Assembly (NCBI GenBank): GCA_041489355.1
Contig: JBGPRB010000003.1
Location: 1-38,276 of the forward strand
Source of the DNA: Dehalococcoidia bacterium
GTDB taxonomy: Bacteria > Chloroflexota > Dehalococcoidia > Dehalococcoidales > RBG-16-60-22
Length of the DNA: 38,276 bases
Reading direction: 5' to 3'
The notes below the pieces were generated by a model. That model was not told the DNA's origin, did no database searches, and saw only the letters and a list, made by a program, of their open reading frames with translations. Numbering within the stretch: position 1 is the stretch's first letter; the number at the start of each line of letters is the position of its first letter. The translations under genes were made by a program, and so were the position numbers. Shown here piece after piece: positions 1-8,505 of the stretch.

Positions 1-42
1 CTATCATTCCATGTTAATAACGGAAATCTTAGGAGGTTATAA
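1..42 (+). CDS. 3' end of an upstream gene (partial, ...LSFHVNNGNLRRL*)
   Basis: Open frame 1 ending in TAA at 40-42, directly abutting the ATG at 43; AT-rich like the next gene. Confidence 0.45.
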   Translation, partial: LSFHVNNGNLRRL

Positions 43-378
43 ATGAAAAAACATTTTAAGCTTTCTGATTACACTGTTACTTATTCAACTAGGGCAAAAG
101 GCGATGAAATTGCATATACTTTGAAAGACTTTGTGAAGACATTAAATAATGATGATTATCTTGTTATAGATTTTGATGGAGTAAAGGCTGTCAGTTATTC
201 ATTTTTAGACCAATTCTTTAGTAACATAATTACATGTGACTTATTGAAAGAAAAAGAAATATCTATTGCCGGTTGGTCTCAAAACTTACTGTCAATTATA
301 GATAAATCGTTACAACATAGAAATTGTGACTACTCAGAATCTAAGAGCGAGCGAAGATTGGTCTGCCAATCCAAATAA
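43..378 (+). CDS. STAS-like (DUF4325-type) domain protein
   Basis: Motifs STRAKG and LVIDFDGVKAVSYSFLDQFF typical of DUF4325; SD AGGAGG upstream; markedly AT-rich. Confidence 0.75.
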   Translation: MKKHFKLSDYTVTYSTRAKGDEIAYTLKDFVKTLNNDDYLVIDFDGVKAVSYSFLDQFFSNIITCDLLKEKEISIAGWSQNLLSIIDKSLQHRNCDYSESKSERRLVCQSK

Positions 379-417
379 ACTCGTTTTACAATTATCGTAG
401 ATATAGTCATATTGGCA

Positions 418-448
418 AAGGGGAGCGCTACCGCTCCCCTTGTTTTTT
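418..448 (+). terminator. Hairpin AAGGGGAGCG-CTAC-CGCTCCCCTT plus T-tract (terminator / REP-like family A)
   Basis: Perfect 10-bp stem followed by GTTTTTT downstream of the 43..378 gene; related copies at 581-604 and 1101-1124. Confidence 0.65.
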
Positions 449-481
449 ATCAGTGGGGGAGGGGTAAGGGAGTAGCTTGCG

Positions 482-552
482 AAGAGGGGCGACAGCCCCT
501 CTTTCTTTTGCTTCCCCCTTCCCGGCGGGAAGGGGGATAAAGGGGGATGGGG
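482..552. repeat. REP-like composite palindrome (AAGAGGGGC-N-GCCCCTCTT followed by CCCCCTTCCC...GGGAAGGGGG...AGGGGGATGGG)
   Basis: Same architecture recurs at 31772-31847 and 32391-32466; first hairpin also at about 38108-38128. Confidence 0.7.
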
Positions 553-656
553 CAAGAATGACAGGTGTGGTGGGGGGAAAAAGGGGGGTGGTAGCGCTCC
601 TCTTCTTTTTTGTGATAATATAGAGTCGAGAAAAATCAGAGAAGGGAGAAAAGTAC

Positions 657-1079
657 GTGGTAAAAATAGGGATTATACGTTGTTACGAGAATAGCGAAAG
701 GTGCGCGGGGTGGAACTGTTTCCCGGCAATGGCGAATAAGACGGGAGAGTTCGCGAAGTACGACACGATAGAAATCGTGGGGTTTGACACGTGCGGGGGC
801 TGCGGGCACGGCAAGGCCGACAAGATATTGAAAAACGCCAAGAGACTCAAGGAAAAAGGCGCCGAGGTCATACATCTAGGGAATTGCATAGCAAGCGATT
901 GTCCATCGAAAGACATATACATAAAAGCGTTGCGAAAGAGTATGAAAATACCGATAGTGGAGAAGACACACGGGGGGCCGTCTCCTGCGCAAATGGCAGC
1001 CTATAGGGCAGCTGCGGAGGCAAAGAAGGCGAAAGCCGCGGAAGCCAGGAGAGCCAGTCGGGCGAAGGCGAAAAAATAA
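657..1079 (+). CDS. CGGC domain metal-binding protein with Ala/Lys/Arg-rich C-terminal tail
   Basis: KIGIIRC...CAGWNC...TCGGC...IHLGNC...CP...TH pattern; GTG start with AAGGGAG SD. Confidence 0.85.
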   Translation: MVKIGIIRCYENSERCAGWNCFPAMANKTGEFAKYDTIEIVGFDTCGGCGHGKADKILKNAKRLKEKGAEVIHLGNCIASDCPSKDIYIKALRKSMKIPIVEKTHGGPSPAQMAAYRAAAEAKKAKAAEARRASRAKAKK

Positions 1080-1100
1080 GAGATCATAGGGAGGGGGGAA

Positions 1101-1131
1101 AAGGGGAGCGGTGACGCTCCCCTTATTTTTT
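1101..1131. terminator. Probable bidirectional terminator AAGGGGAGCG-GTGA-CGCTCCCCTT between convergent genes
   Basis: 10-bp perfect stem with T-tract on the right and A-tract on the left, between the CGGC gene and mscL. Confidence 0.65.
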
Positions 1132-1148
1132 ACCAGAGACTAAAAAGC

Positions 1149-1625
1149 TCAGGCAGGTCTGAGTTCCGAAGTGCAATGGGGGCAGCGAACGGCCTTGAGG
1201 GGAATGGCGGTGGCACAGTAAGGACAGTCTTTGGTCGCGGGGGCTGCGGCGGCCGCTTCAATCGCTTTCTTTGTTTCCAGGGCTTTTCTAGCCTTATTTA
1301 CCAGGCGCACAACCATGAATACAGCAAAGGCAACGATGATGAAAGCGATTATAGTGTTGATAAAGACACCGTAATTAAAAGTAACAGCACCGGCGGCCTG
1401 GGCATTGGCCATGGTGTGATAAGGTGGTGGGGTGGTCGCGCCATTTCTGATTACCACAAACAGATTCGTGAAATCTACTTTGCCTAATAACAGGCCGATG
1501 GGCGGCATGATAATATCTTTAACCAGGGAATTTACGATTGTGCCAAAAGCGGCACCGATGATGATACCTACAGCCAGGTCGAGCACATTACCGCGCATAA
1601 CAAAGTCTCTGAATTCCTTAAACAT
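1149..1625 (-). CDS. mscL: Large-conductance mechanosensitive channel MscL with C-terminal zinc ribbon
   Basis: [44 protein letters not shown]; C-terminal CPYC...CPHC. Confidence 0.95.
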   Translation of the reverse strand: MFKEFRDFVMRGNVLDLAVGIIIGAAFGTIVNSLVKDIIMPPIGLLLGKVDFTNLFVVIRNGATTPPPYHTMANAQAAGAVTFNYGVFINTIIAFIIVAFAVFMVVRLVNKARKALETKKAIEAAAAAPATKDCPYCATAIPLKAVRCPHCTSELRPA

Positions 1626-1776
1626 GATTAATTCTCCTTCAAGGCATATAGTATCACTATAGTATTTATTCTATTAAATGTTGTCAAATACTTTTACGTA
1701 TTCATGTAATGTAAGTAGCGCTCCCCTAATTTTTTGTGTATTATTTAGTCGATGAAATTTTAAAGGAGGATGAAAC

Positions 1777-2487
1777 GTGGCGCAAAAAGGACTGGAAGCT
1801 AAAGTGGCGGTGATGGAGAAAGAGCTGACAAGGCTGAAGGACATCGAGGCGATACGCAAGCTGGAACATGCCTACAGCTTTTACCTGGTGATGTGGATGC
1901 CGGATGAAATTATCGACCTGTTTTCCTGGAGGGACGACACGACGCTGGAATGGCCGGAGGGGACGTTCTACGGCAAGGACGGCCTGAAACGGTTCTTCGG
2001 GAACATCAATCCGAAGAAGGACCCGGAGTTCATGCACCAGATGATGCACCTCTCCGACGTCATCGACATCGCCGAGGACGGCAAGACCGGCAAGGGGCGG
2101 TGGTGGGGATTTGGGGCGATGGCGCTTCCCATGGGCGACTCAGGCATCAATCAGGCGCTAGCCTGCGGCATCTATGAAAACGATTTCATTAAAGAGGACG
2201 GCATCTGGAAGCTCTGGAAAATAAAGTGGGTGCCAGTGTACTCGGGGACGCCGGCAAGGGGGTGGGTCAAAGAGGAGCGACTGGCCAAGCCGAGACCGCA
2301 GACAAAACCGCAAAAAGAGGGAGAAGTAAGTGTACCGACCTGGTGGAAGCCCGATAAGCCTGCCAAGGGCATCGCGTATTCGTACCCATCAGGATACATT
2401 TTGCCTTTCCACTTTAAGCACCCGGTGACAGGAAAGAAGACCACTGAAGAAAAGAGAAACGCGAGAGTAAAGGGAGTGAAGAAGTAA
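1777..2487 (+). CDS. SnoaL-like / NTF2-family protein
   Basis: L..L.DIEAIRKL...Y, DGKTGKGRW, YENDFIKEDGIWKL motifs; SD AAGGAGG and GTG start. Confidence 0.85.
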   Translation: MAQKGLEAKVAVMEKELTRLKDIEAIRKLEHAYSFYLVMWMPDEIIDLFSWRDDTTLEWPEGTFYGKDGLKRFFGNINPKKDPEFMHQMMHLSDVIDIAEDGKTGKGRWWGFGAMALPMGDSGINQALACGIYENDFIKEDGIWKLWKIKWVPVYSGTPARGWVKEERLAKPRPQTKPQKEGEVSVPTWWKPDKPAKGIAYSYPSGYILPFHFKHPVTGKKTTEEKRNARVKGVKK

Positions 2488-2705
2488 GGGGAAAAAAACT
2501 AAATTCCAAGCTCTAAATACTAAACCCCCTCTCCCTTTCACCCAAGGCGGATTAGTTGTAATATTCTATTTTTTACCTCACTTCATGGCCGTTTCTCCTT
2601 TCGAGGTTATCAAGGGAGGTGGATATTTTCCGAGAGGGTGCGGTGACATCATCGAGCTATACGCTTTCTGCAAGGGACGCTATGGTAATTTACAGATAGG
2701 CTTTC

Positions 2706-2734
2706 TTGACGGAATGTAAAGAGAGGTTTAAATT
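2706..2734 (+). promoter_or_regulatory. Putative sigma70 promoter of the SDR gene
   Basis: TTGACG-N17-TAAATT. Confidence 0.45.
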
Positions 2735-2797
2735 AAACTGAAAGCGGACAGGATAAAATCATTTTCAGGCTATTTGAAAGGCATGAAGGGAGATGCA

Positions 2798-3805
2798 ATG
2801 AAAAACCTGCTGGATACAGCCACGCTTACCATGGACAAAACCGGCTTGCTTAAAAATTCGATGGAGGGGGATGTGGCAGTAGTCACGGGCGGCGCGGGCA
2901 CCATCGGACTAGCTGTTTCTCGAAGCCTGGCATGGCTCGGGGCAAAGATAGTCATCGCGAGTAGAAATACACAAACCGGGGAGGCGGCCGCAGAATTCAT
3001 CGACCACGAGAATAAACCCGGCACGGCGCTCTATGTCCCGACGGATGTTTCCGATGAAGAGAGCATGAAAGCCATGGCTAAAGCGGCGTTTAAGGCTTTT
3101 GGAAAAGTGGATATCCTGGTGAATAACGCCATGGATATGTCACTGGGAGCCTCGATTTTGAAAACATCGGCAGCAGCTTTAGATAGACAATATGAGATAG
3201 CCGTACGCGGCGCGCTTCTCGGAATACAGGCATTCGTGCCCGGCATGGTCGAGCGACATCACGGCGTGGTAACTTATATAGCCACTGCCTTCCGCTATCC
3301 GTCAGGTCCCGGCAACTATTGCGCCGTAAAGGCTGCCACCAGTTCTATGATGATGTCTCTGGCGGCTGAGCTGGGTCCGGTCAAAGATACCGGTGTGGCC
3401 GTGTTTATGTATGTCCCGACACTGGTGGGAAGGCCGCGGCGTTCTGATGCAGATGTGAGCCGCGGGGGTACTTTCATGCTGCCACCAGCGATTATCGGGT
3501 ATGGGCGCGGTCCGATACCTCCTGAGGATTGCGGGGCGACTCTTGCCTACTGTATCGTTCATGCTGCCGATATTCACGGTTCGGGGGTAAATGCCGGACA
3601 AGCCCAAAAACGCATGAATTGGCCTTTCCCCGAACCTGACACAGTGCCAGGCAAAGATTTCGACCGTATCAGAGACCAGGTTATGGTACGTATGTTCGGC
3701 TACGTGGGGCCCGGCTGGCCGGATAAAATAGAGCCTCTGGTGACCGTCAACCGTTCTGAAGCTCCGCCTGATGAGCCGCTGGGGATTACGGCGCTGATGG
3801 GGTGA
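2798..3805 (+). CDS. Short-chain dehydrogenase/reductase (SDR) family oxidoreductase
   Basis: TGGAGTIG nucleotide-binding loop, VDILVNNA, catalytic YCAVK; ATG 2798 follows AAGGGAG (ORF open from 2774). Confidence 0.9.
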   Translation: MKNLLDTATLTMDKTGLLKNSMEGDVAVVTGGAGTIGLAVSRSLAWLGAKIVIASRNTQTGEAAAEFIDHENKPGTALYVPTDVSDEESMKAMAKAAFKAFGKVDILVNNAMDMSLGASILKTSAAALDRQYEIAVRGALLGIQAFVPGMVERHHGVVTYIATAFRYPSGPGNYCAVKAATSSMMMSLAAELGPVKDTGVAVFMYVPTLVGRPRRSDADVSRGGTFMLPPAIIGYGRGPIPPEDCGATLAYCIVHAADIHGSGVNAGQAQKRMNWPFPEPDTVPGKDFDRIRDQVMVRMFGYVGPGWPDKIEPLVTVNRSEAPPDEPLGITALMG

Positions 3806-3833
3806 GGGAGGGGGGAAGAGGGGAGGGGCAATA

Positions 3834-3914
3834 AAATCCCTCTTACTCTCCCCTTCGACAGGCTCACTTCGTGGTGACTCAGTGGAACCAGGGCAGGCCC
3901 TTTACAAAAGCGAA
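3834..3914. repeat. REP-like element apparently interrupted by nested CTTCG...CTCAG elements
   Basis: Flanks match 38008-38041 (AAATCCCTCT.A.TCTCCCTTTAC.AAAG.GA) once about 3853-3900 is removed. Confidence 0.55.
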
Positions 3915-3974
3915 AAGAATCTATGGTATAATTATTTAAATATTTAATGACATATCACATTCGGGGGAAGAACT

Positions 3975-4208
3975 ATGCAATTAACAGCAATAGTCAGGAA
4001 AGGTGAAAAGCAATACGTAGCTTTGTGCCCTGAAGTAGACGTAGTCAGCCAGGGTCATACGGTGGAGGAAGCGTTGAGCAATTTAAGGGAGGCGGTAGAG
4101 CTTTATATAGAGGAAATGGGGCTTCCGGAAGGCGTAGGGGAAGAAGAGTTAATTATTACTCATTTCGGGGTTAAAAGTGCCAAAACTACCGGTCGTGTCA
4201 GGGCGTGA
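3975..4208 (+). CDS. hicB: HicB family antitoxin (short form, no DNA-binding domain)
   Basis: YVALCPEVDVVSQGHTVEEALSNLREAVELY signature. Confidence 0.9.
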   Translation: MQLTAIVRKGEKQYVALCPEVDVVSQGHTVEEALSNLREAVELYIEEMGLPEGVGEEELIITHFGVKSAKTTGRVRA

Positions 4209-4407
4209 ACTAATCCGGATTCTGGGAAAAGCGGGGTTTACACCGGCTCGACGGAGAGGAAGCCACGTTGTTCTGGTAAAGACAGACAAAAGCGGAAAGC
4301 GCGCCGTCGTGGTACCTGACCACAAAGAAATAGATAAAGGAACATTGGTTGAAATAATCCGGCAGGCTGGGCTTAAAAGAGAAGAATTTTTTAAGCTGCT
4401 GAAATAA
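4177..4407 (+). CDS. hicA: HicA family toxin (mRNA interferase)
   Basis: PKLPVVSGRELIRIL...GF...RRGSHV...VVVPDHKEIDKGTL..I signature; overlaps hicB. Confidence 0.9.
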   Translation: MPKLPVVSGRELIRILGKAGFTPARRRGSHVVLVKTDKSGKRAVVVPDHKEIDKGTLVEIIRQAGLKREEFFKLLK

Positions 4408-4527
4408 GTTACAGCGACATGATGAATGAGATGAAGAAGTAAAATTATAAGCACTTAGCTTCAAATATTGAACCACGGCTCCTTTTCCCCCGCAAGGGTG
4501 GGGGAAGGCGGGAAATCATCCGTTCTA

Positions 4528-5688
4528 TTACACATCCAGTCCCAGCAGCATTTTCAGCCTGATTTTAAGCATGTTCCACCGGCCAACTTTGCGGGACATG
4601 ATTTTCATAAAGGTAGTGTCCTTATCTTTCGGAGGGACAAAGGCATTATCTTTTTTATGGAGTCGGCTGGCATGAGATTCACAGGTGACGACGCAATTGC
4701 CGCAGCCGATACACCGGTCGAGGTTGACAGCAGCAACATTATTAACGATGGTACGCGCTTGAAGCTGGCAGCGCTTAACGCAGGTGCCGCAGCCCCTGCA
4801 TAAAGCGGGGTCGACTTCGGCATAGTAATTGGTGGCATAAAGGTCGGCGGGGCGGGGGGACTTTACTACAGCGGAGAGGAGTCCACAGCAGTCGCCGCAG
4901 CAACAGCAGATTGCCTCCGGACGGAGCGAATTTTCCGGCTGGAGGATAAATCCCGCGTGCTGAGCTTTTTCCAGTATATTAAAAGCTTCTTCTTTAGTGA
5001 TATAGCGGGCAATCCCCATCTCAACGTACTGGCGGGCGTGGTCCGTTCCTATCTGTAAACAGGTCTCGCGGATATCAGAGTGGGTGCAGGGCTGTCCCTG
5101 TATGTCTTTGGTCTGGCGGCAGACGCAATTGGCTACCGCGATGGGGCCGGCGGCATTTTCGACAAGCTGACGTACATCATCATAGGTGCTGACCAGGTGC
5201 TTATCCGGGACGGGGATGCTTTTTTCAACCGGGATAGTACGGAGCTGGGGAACTCCCCGCGAGCCGGTCATTTCCGCCCGGGCGAACACCTCGACGTGAT
5301 ATTGATGGAAGGTATCCACGAGGTCTTTAGTGAGCCGGTTTACCTGAAAGTCCACGATGCCGCCGGCGGTAACCCCGGCGTTTTTATAGCGTTTTTCCTT
5401 ATAGCTTGCCCGGTATATCAGGACGGTGCCTTTATAAGCCATGCGGTCGAGAATTATCTGAAGCTGTTCGAGAGATGTCACCAGTCCGCTTTTTTTAGCG
5501 CGACGATAAATGCGTCCGGCAGGTTCCAGCTTGATAGTGGAAAGCTGTGTGGCTATCTGCGCTTCTTCCGGGGTGAACAGGTGCTTCAGCAGGCTAATAT
5601 CGATACCCGATGGAGTGGAGGGATAGCCGACCGGCCCCTTATCAAGATGCTGCTGCAGGTTGCGATATATTTCAGTACCGGTATCCAA
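4528..5688 (-). CDS. 4Fe-4S dicluster domain protein (Cys-rich)
   Basis: CVCR, CCCCGDCC, and two ferredoxin motifs CRGCGTCVKRC and CIGCGNCVVTC; TTG start after GAGGA. Confidence 0.85.
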   Translation of the reverse strand: MDTGTEIYRNLQQHLDKGPVGYPSTPSGIDISLLKHLFTPEEAQIATQLSTIKLEPAGRIYRRAKKSGLVTSLEQLQIILDRMAYKGTVLIYRASYKEKRYKNAGVTAGGIVDFQVNRLTKDLVDTFHQYHVEVFARAEMTGSRGVPQLRTIPVEKSIPVPDKHLVSTYDDVRQLVENAAGPIAVANCVCRQTKDIQGQPCTHSDIRETCLQIGTDHARQYVEMGIARYITKEEAFNILEKAQHAGFILQPENSLRPEAICCCCGDCCGLLSAVVKSPRPADLYATNYYAEVDPALCRGCGTCVKRCQLQARTIVNNVAAVNLDRCIGCGNCVVTCESHASRLHKKDNAFVPPKDKDTTFMKIMSRKVGRWNMLKIRLKMLLGLDV

Positions 5689-5824
5689 GATATTTTCCTC
5701 TTAACAGGGATTAAGAATGGGCGGTTAATGGATACTGTAAGTAGTTGAGTTGAGTTTGTCAAATTCTGCTCTGAATTGACTTAAACAGGTTCTGAGAGTA
5801 ACCGGGGTCTGCTTTATCGAAGAA

Positions 5825-5902
5825 CCCCCTCTCCTCCGGGAGGCAGGGTCCGAAAGAGAGGGGGTAACAGGGGTCCTTCTAAGAAGGACAGGGGGATTAG
5901 GT
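5825..5902. repeat. REP-like palindrome CCCCCTCTC...GAGAGGGGG...AGGGGGAT with an internal GTCCTTCT-A-AGAAGGAC hairpin
   Basis: Inverted repeats seen directly; related to 512-552. Confidence 0.55.
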
Positions 5903-5922
5903 AAGGGGCAAGCAGTATTCAA

Positions 5923-7692
5923 TTAGTAATAGAAAGCGGTCCTCCTGCCCATCCAGAAGCCGAAGAGGAATATTAGCACAACGCCGACGCCGATGGTCGC
6001 GTATAGCAGCCAGCCGGTGAATTTAAACGGTTGGGCGATAGAGAACTGGCCGGCACCGGTCCAATCGCTTTCGTTCAGGGCGGCATCTACGGCTTTGATT
6101 CTCCAGAACAAGGAGGATTCCTGACCGGCCAGCTTGAGCTCCTCGGCTTCGGTTAAAATATATTCAGATTTACTTAGAGCTGTTTTATCCAGGATGATAG
6201 AACTGGCGGAAAAATCCGAAGCGGAGGCAACCTGCAGATAATAGGAAACAGGAGAGCTATTATCGGTAACACTTGCCCAGGTGAAGGTTATCGGCGTCTT
6301 AGCCTTTACGCCCATCTCCGGCTTTTCCGGTTGCGGTACTTTAGGCGGCACTGATTCCACCGTGAAAGTAATTTTACTGGTATGGGGGCCATCGCTGGCG
6401 GTGATGGTATGGTCTCCGTGTTTACCGGTTGGCACCGGGAAGATATTGCTCATAAAGGTCCCGTTGGCTCCAGCCTTGCCCGTGGCTATTTCCTTATCAT
6501 CATACTTGACGGATATATTGGCATTAGGCGAAAAACCAGTGCCGCCCACCATAAGAGGTTGCCCGACAGCGCCAGTAGTCTGGCTAATGCTGAGGGGGGT
6601 TGTAGAGGGTGCAGGTGCTGGCGCCGGTGCGGGTGTGGGAGCAGGTGCTGGCGTGGGCGTGGGTGTGGGTGATGGGGTGGGTGTTGTGACATTGAAAGTA
6701 ACATTGGCGGTACTGCTCCCAGCGGTAACGTAGATGGCATGGGGACCAGCAGTGCTTTGCGGGATGGTGAGAGTGCTGATAAAGACTCCGCTGGTGCGCG
6801 TAGCCGCATCCCCCGTTTTTGGTGAAATTGTCGTAGTATCATATTTAAAGATAATGGGCGTGCTGACCGGGAAGTTGGTACCGCTAATCGTCACCTCTGT
6901 GCCAGCTGGTCCCGAGGTAGGCAAGAGCGTGTCAATGGTGGCAGCGGCGGTTACGGTGAAAGTGGCAGTGACTGTGCTGGTTCCTACAGTAATAGAAATG
7001 GTATGAGCGCCGGGTGTACTTGAAGGTATGGTGATGGTGCTGATAAAGATGCCACTGCTGCGAGTTGACATGTCTCCTGATTTGGGTGCAATTGCCGTTT
7101 CATCATATTTGAAGAGGATGGGGGAGCTGACGGCGAAGTTAGCACCGCTAATTGTTACGTCAGTGTTAGCCGGACCCGAGGCAGGCGAAAGCGGGTCAAG
7201 GGTGGCGCCGGGGATAACAGTAAATTGGGCATAAGTTCGGATAAGAATCCAATCAGTTTGTGTCGGAGGAGCAGTGTATTCCAGGCTAACATAAACGTAA
7301 TAATTTGTACCTGGCGTTACGGTGCTAGTGCCTATGGTACTGGGCACGGTAAAGGTATATCCAAACTCGCCGGTATCGGAAGTTGCGCCATCTCCTTCGT
7401 CAATTTCTGTACCCTCATGTAATAAAGTATAGTGGGTGATTTGATTATTAATATAATATGTTCCTGTCTGTGGCGGGTCACTGGAAAAGTACAAATTAAC
7501 ATATCTTATGGCACTTTCCGTAGACCTAGTAAAACCAGAGCCGATAACTGAAATTCTGTCGCCGACCTTACCCTGTAACGGATTTAAATTAATGGTTTTT
7601 GCTGCTAGAACCGGTATGGCCGGTATGACCGCCATCAAAAGGGACAGGATAAGTGCCGTCCCGAATATTCTAAAAATTCTTTTGTATTTCAT
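5923..7692 (-). CDS. Membrane-anchored surface protein with IPT/TIG Ig-like repeats, Pro-rich linker and FN3-like domain
   Basis: N-terminal signal peptide (..PAIPVLA|A); repeated L.P.SGP.GT.VTISG.NF units; (TP/AP)n linker; FWRIKAVDAALNESDW; C-terminal TM helix followed by RR. Confidence 0.85.
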   Translation of the reverse strand: MKYKRIFRIFGTALILSLLMAVIPAIPVLAAKTINLNPLQGKVGDRISVIGSGFTRSTESAIRYVNLYFSSDPPQTGTYYINNQITHYTLLHEGTEIDEGDGATSDTGEFGYTFTVPSTIGTSTVTPGTNYYVYVSLEYTAPPTQTDWILIRTYAQFTVIPGATLDPLSPASGPANTDVTISGANFAVSSPILFKYDETAIAPKSGDMSTRSSGIFISTITIPSSTPGAHTISITVGTSTVTATFTVTAAATIDTLLPTSGPAGTEVTISGTNFPVSTPIIFKYDTTTISPKTGDAATRTSGVFISTLTIPQSTAGPHAIYVTAGSSTANVTFNVTTPTPSPTPTPTPAPAPTPAPAPAPAPSTTPLSISQTTGAVGQPLMVGGTGFSPNANISVKYDDKEIATGKAGANGTFMSNIFPVPTGKHGDHTITASDGPHTSKITFTVESVPPKVPQPEKPEMGVKAKTPITFTWASVTDNSSPVSYYLQVASASDFSASSIILDKTALSKSEYILTEAEELKLAGQESSLFWRIKAVDAALNESDWTGAGQFSIAQPFKFTGWLLYATIGVGVVLIFLFGFWMGRRTAFYY

Positions 7693-7811
7693 TGCAACCT
7701 CCTGATAAAAAGTTCTTCTTCTGGCAGGTCAGCCCCCGCCGGGCAAGCAGCAACCCAATAATATATAACGTCTGGGACAGGAAAAAGTTTTCAAACAGGT
7801 TTTTTCTCCTT

Positions 7812-8018
7812 TCACTTTATCAATCTTTTCCTGGCACCGACTTTCGGATTATAGGTGCCGGCGAAGTTATCCAGGGTATCCTTGTTGATGAGCCAGGTGT
7901 TGTGAATCTTGTTCGCCGGCAAATCGCCCTGACGGCATAGCCGTTTTACAGTTTCCGGATGAACCTTAAGGCGGCGACTTGCCTCTATGACATTAAGATA
8001 ATTATCCCATATCGGCAT
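7812..8018 (-). CDS. Excisionase-family (HTH_17) small DNA-binding protein
   Basis: YLNVIEASRRLKVHPETVKRLCRQGDLPANKIHNTWLI matches the MerR-like/Xis HTH pattern. Confidence 0.85.
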   Translation of the reverse strand: MPIWDNYLNVIEASRRLKVHPETVKRLCRQGDLPANKIHNTWLINKDTLDNFAGTYNPKVGARKRLIK

Positions 8019-8046
8019 ACTGTTCTCTTAACAATTTCTTAATAAT

Positions 8047-8092
8047 ATTGCTTTATCAAAGCAATTATAACAATTGTGAGCACAAATGTCAA
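8047..8092 (-). promoter_or_regulatory. Consensus sigma70 promoter of the HTH_17 gene with overlapping inverted repeats
   Basis: TTGACA (8092-8087)-N17-TATAAT (8069-8064) with extended TG; palindromes ATTGCTTT-ATC-AAAGCAAT (8047-8065) and TTGTG-AG-CACAA (8074-8085). Confidence 0.75.
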
Positions 8093-8123
8093 GGGTGTGC
8101 GCCAAAAAAGTGACAAAACTCCA

Positions 8124-8153
8124 TTGACGGTAATAGAACATATGTGCTATTCT
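8124..8153 (+). promoter_or_regulatory. Promoter of the capsid cluster with a LexA (SOS)-like box in the spacer
   Basis: TTGACG (8124-8129)-N18-TATTCT (8148-8153) with extended TG; AATAGAACATATGTGCTATT (8132-8151) is a 20-bp palindrome with one mismatch, containing GAAC-N4-GTGC. Confidence 0.7.
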
Positions 8154-8181
8154 TACTCTGTTTGGTTTTTAGAGGTGCGTT

Positions 8182-8505
8182 ATGGATTTGGTGCATGAGA
8201 TTTGCGGAGATGCCCCGGAAGAGACGAACAAGGAAACCAACCAGAATGAAACAGACTTACCGCCGGAATACTGTCACTATCGAGATGAGGGGTGTGAATA
8301 CGCCCAATCCTGTCTGGCATGTCCGTTCCCACAGTGCCTGTACGATGAGCCAAGGGGAAGGCAGCGCTGGCTTAAAGAATTACGCAACAAGGAGATAAAA
8401 AGACTTTTTACCGCAAACTGGAAAATTAAGGAACTGGCTTTGCTATTCGGTGTCAGCCTGAGGACGATACAGAGGGCGTTGAAGAGTGAGGTAAGTGGGA
8501 AGTAG
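8182..8505 (+). CDS. Cys-rich protein with C-terminal helix-turn-helix (sigma70 region 4-like); probable cluster regulator
   Basis: CHYRDEGCEYAQSCLACPFPQC followed by IKELALLFGVSLRTIQRAL; SD GAGGTG. Confidence 0.75.
   Translation: MDLVHEICGDAPEETNKETNQNETDLPPEYCHYRDEGCEYAQSCLACPFPQCLYDEPRGRQRWLKELRNKEIKRLFTANWKIKELALLFGVSLRTIQRALKSEVSGK

Noticed and set aside
334-555. Short ORFs over repeat-rich intergenic DNA (334..555, 5725..5922, 32380..32634, 37983..38246)
   Set aside because: Translations of REP-like palindromes (PLxKGG/PPFP-type low complexity) with no coding support
2607-2700. SAM-I riboswitch-like start TTATCAAGGGAGGTGG upstream of the SDR gene
   Set aside because: The following GAGGGA, GCAACC and GGTGC.AA core elements are missing, and it lies upstream of the predicted promoter
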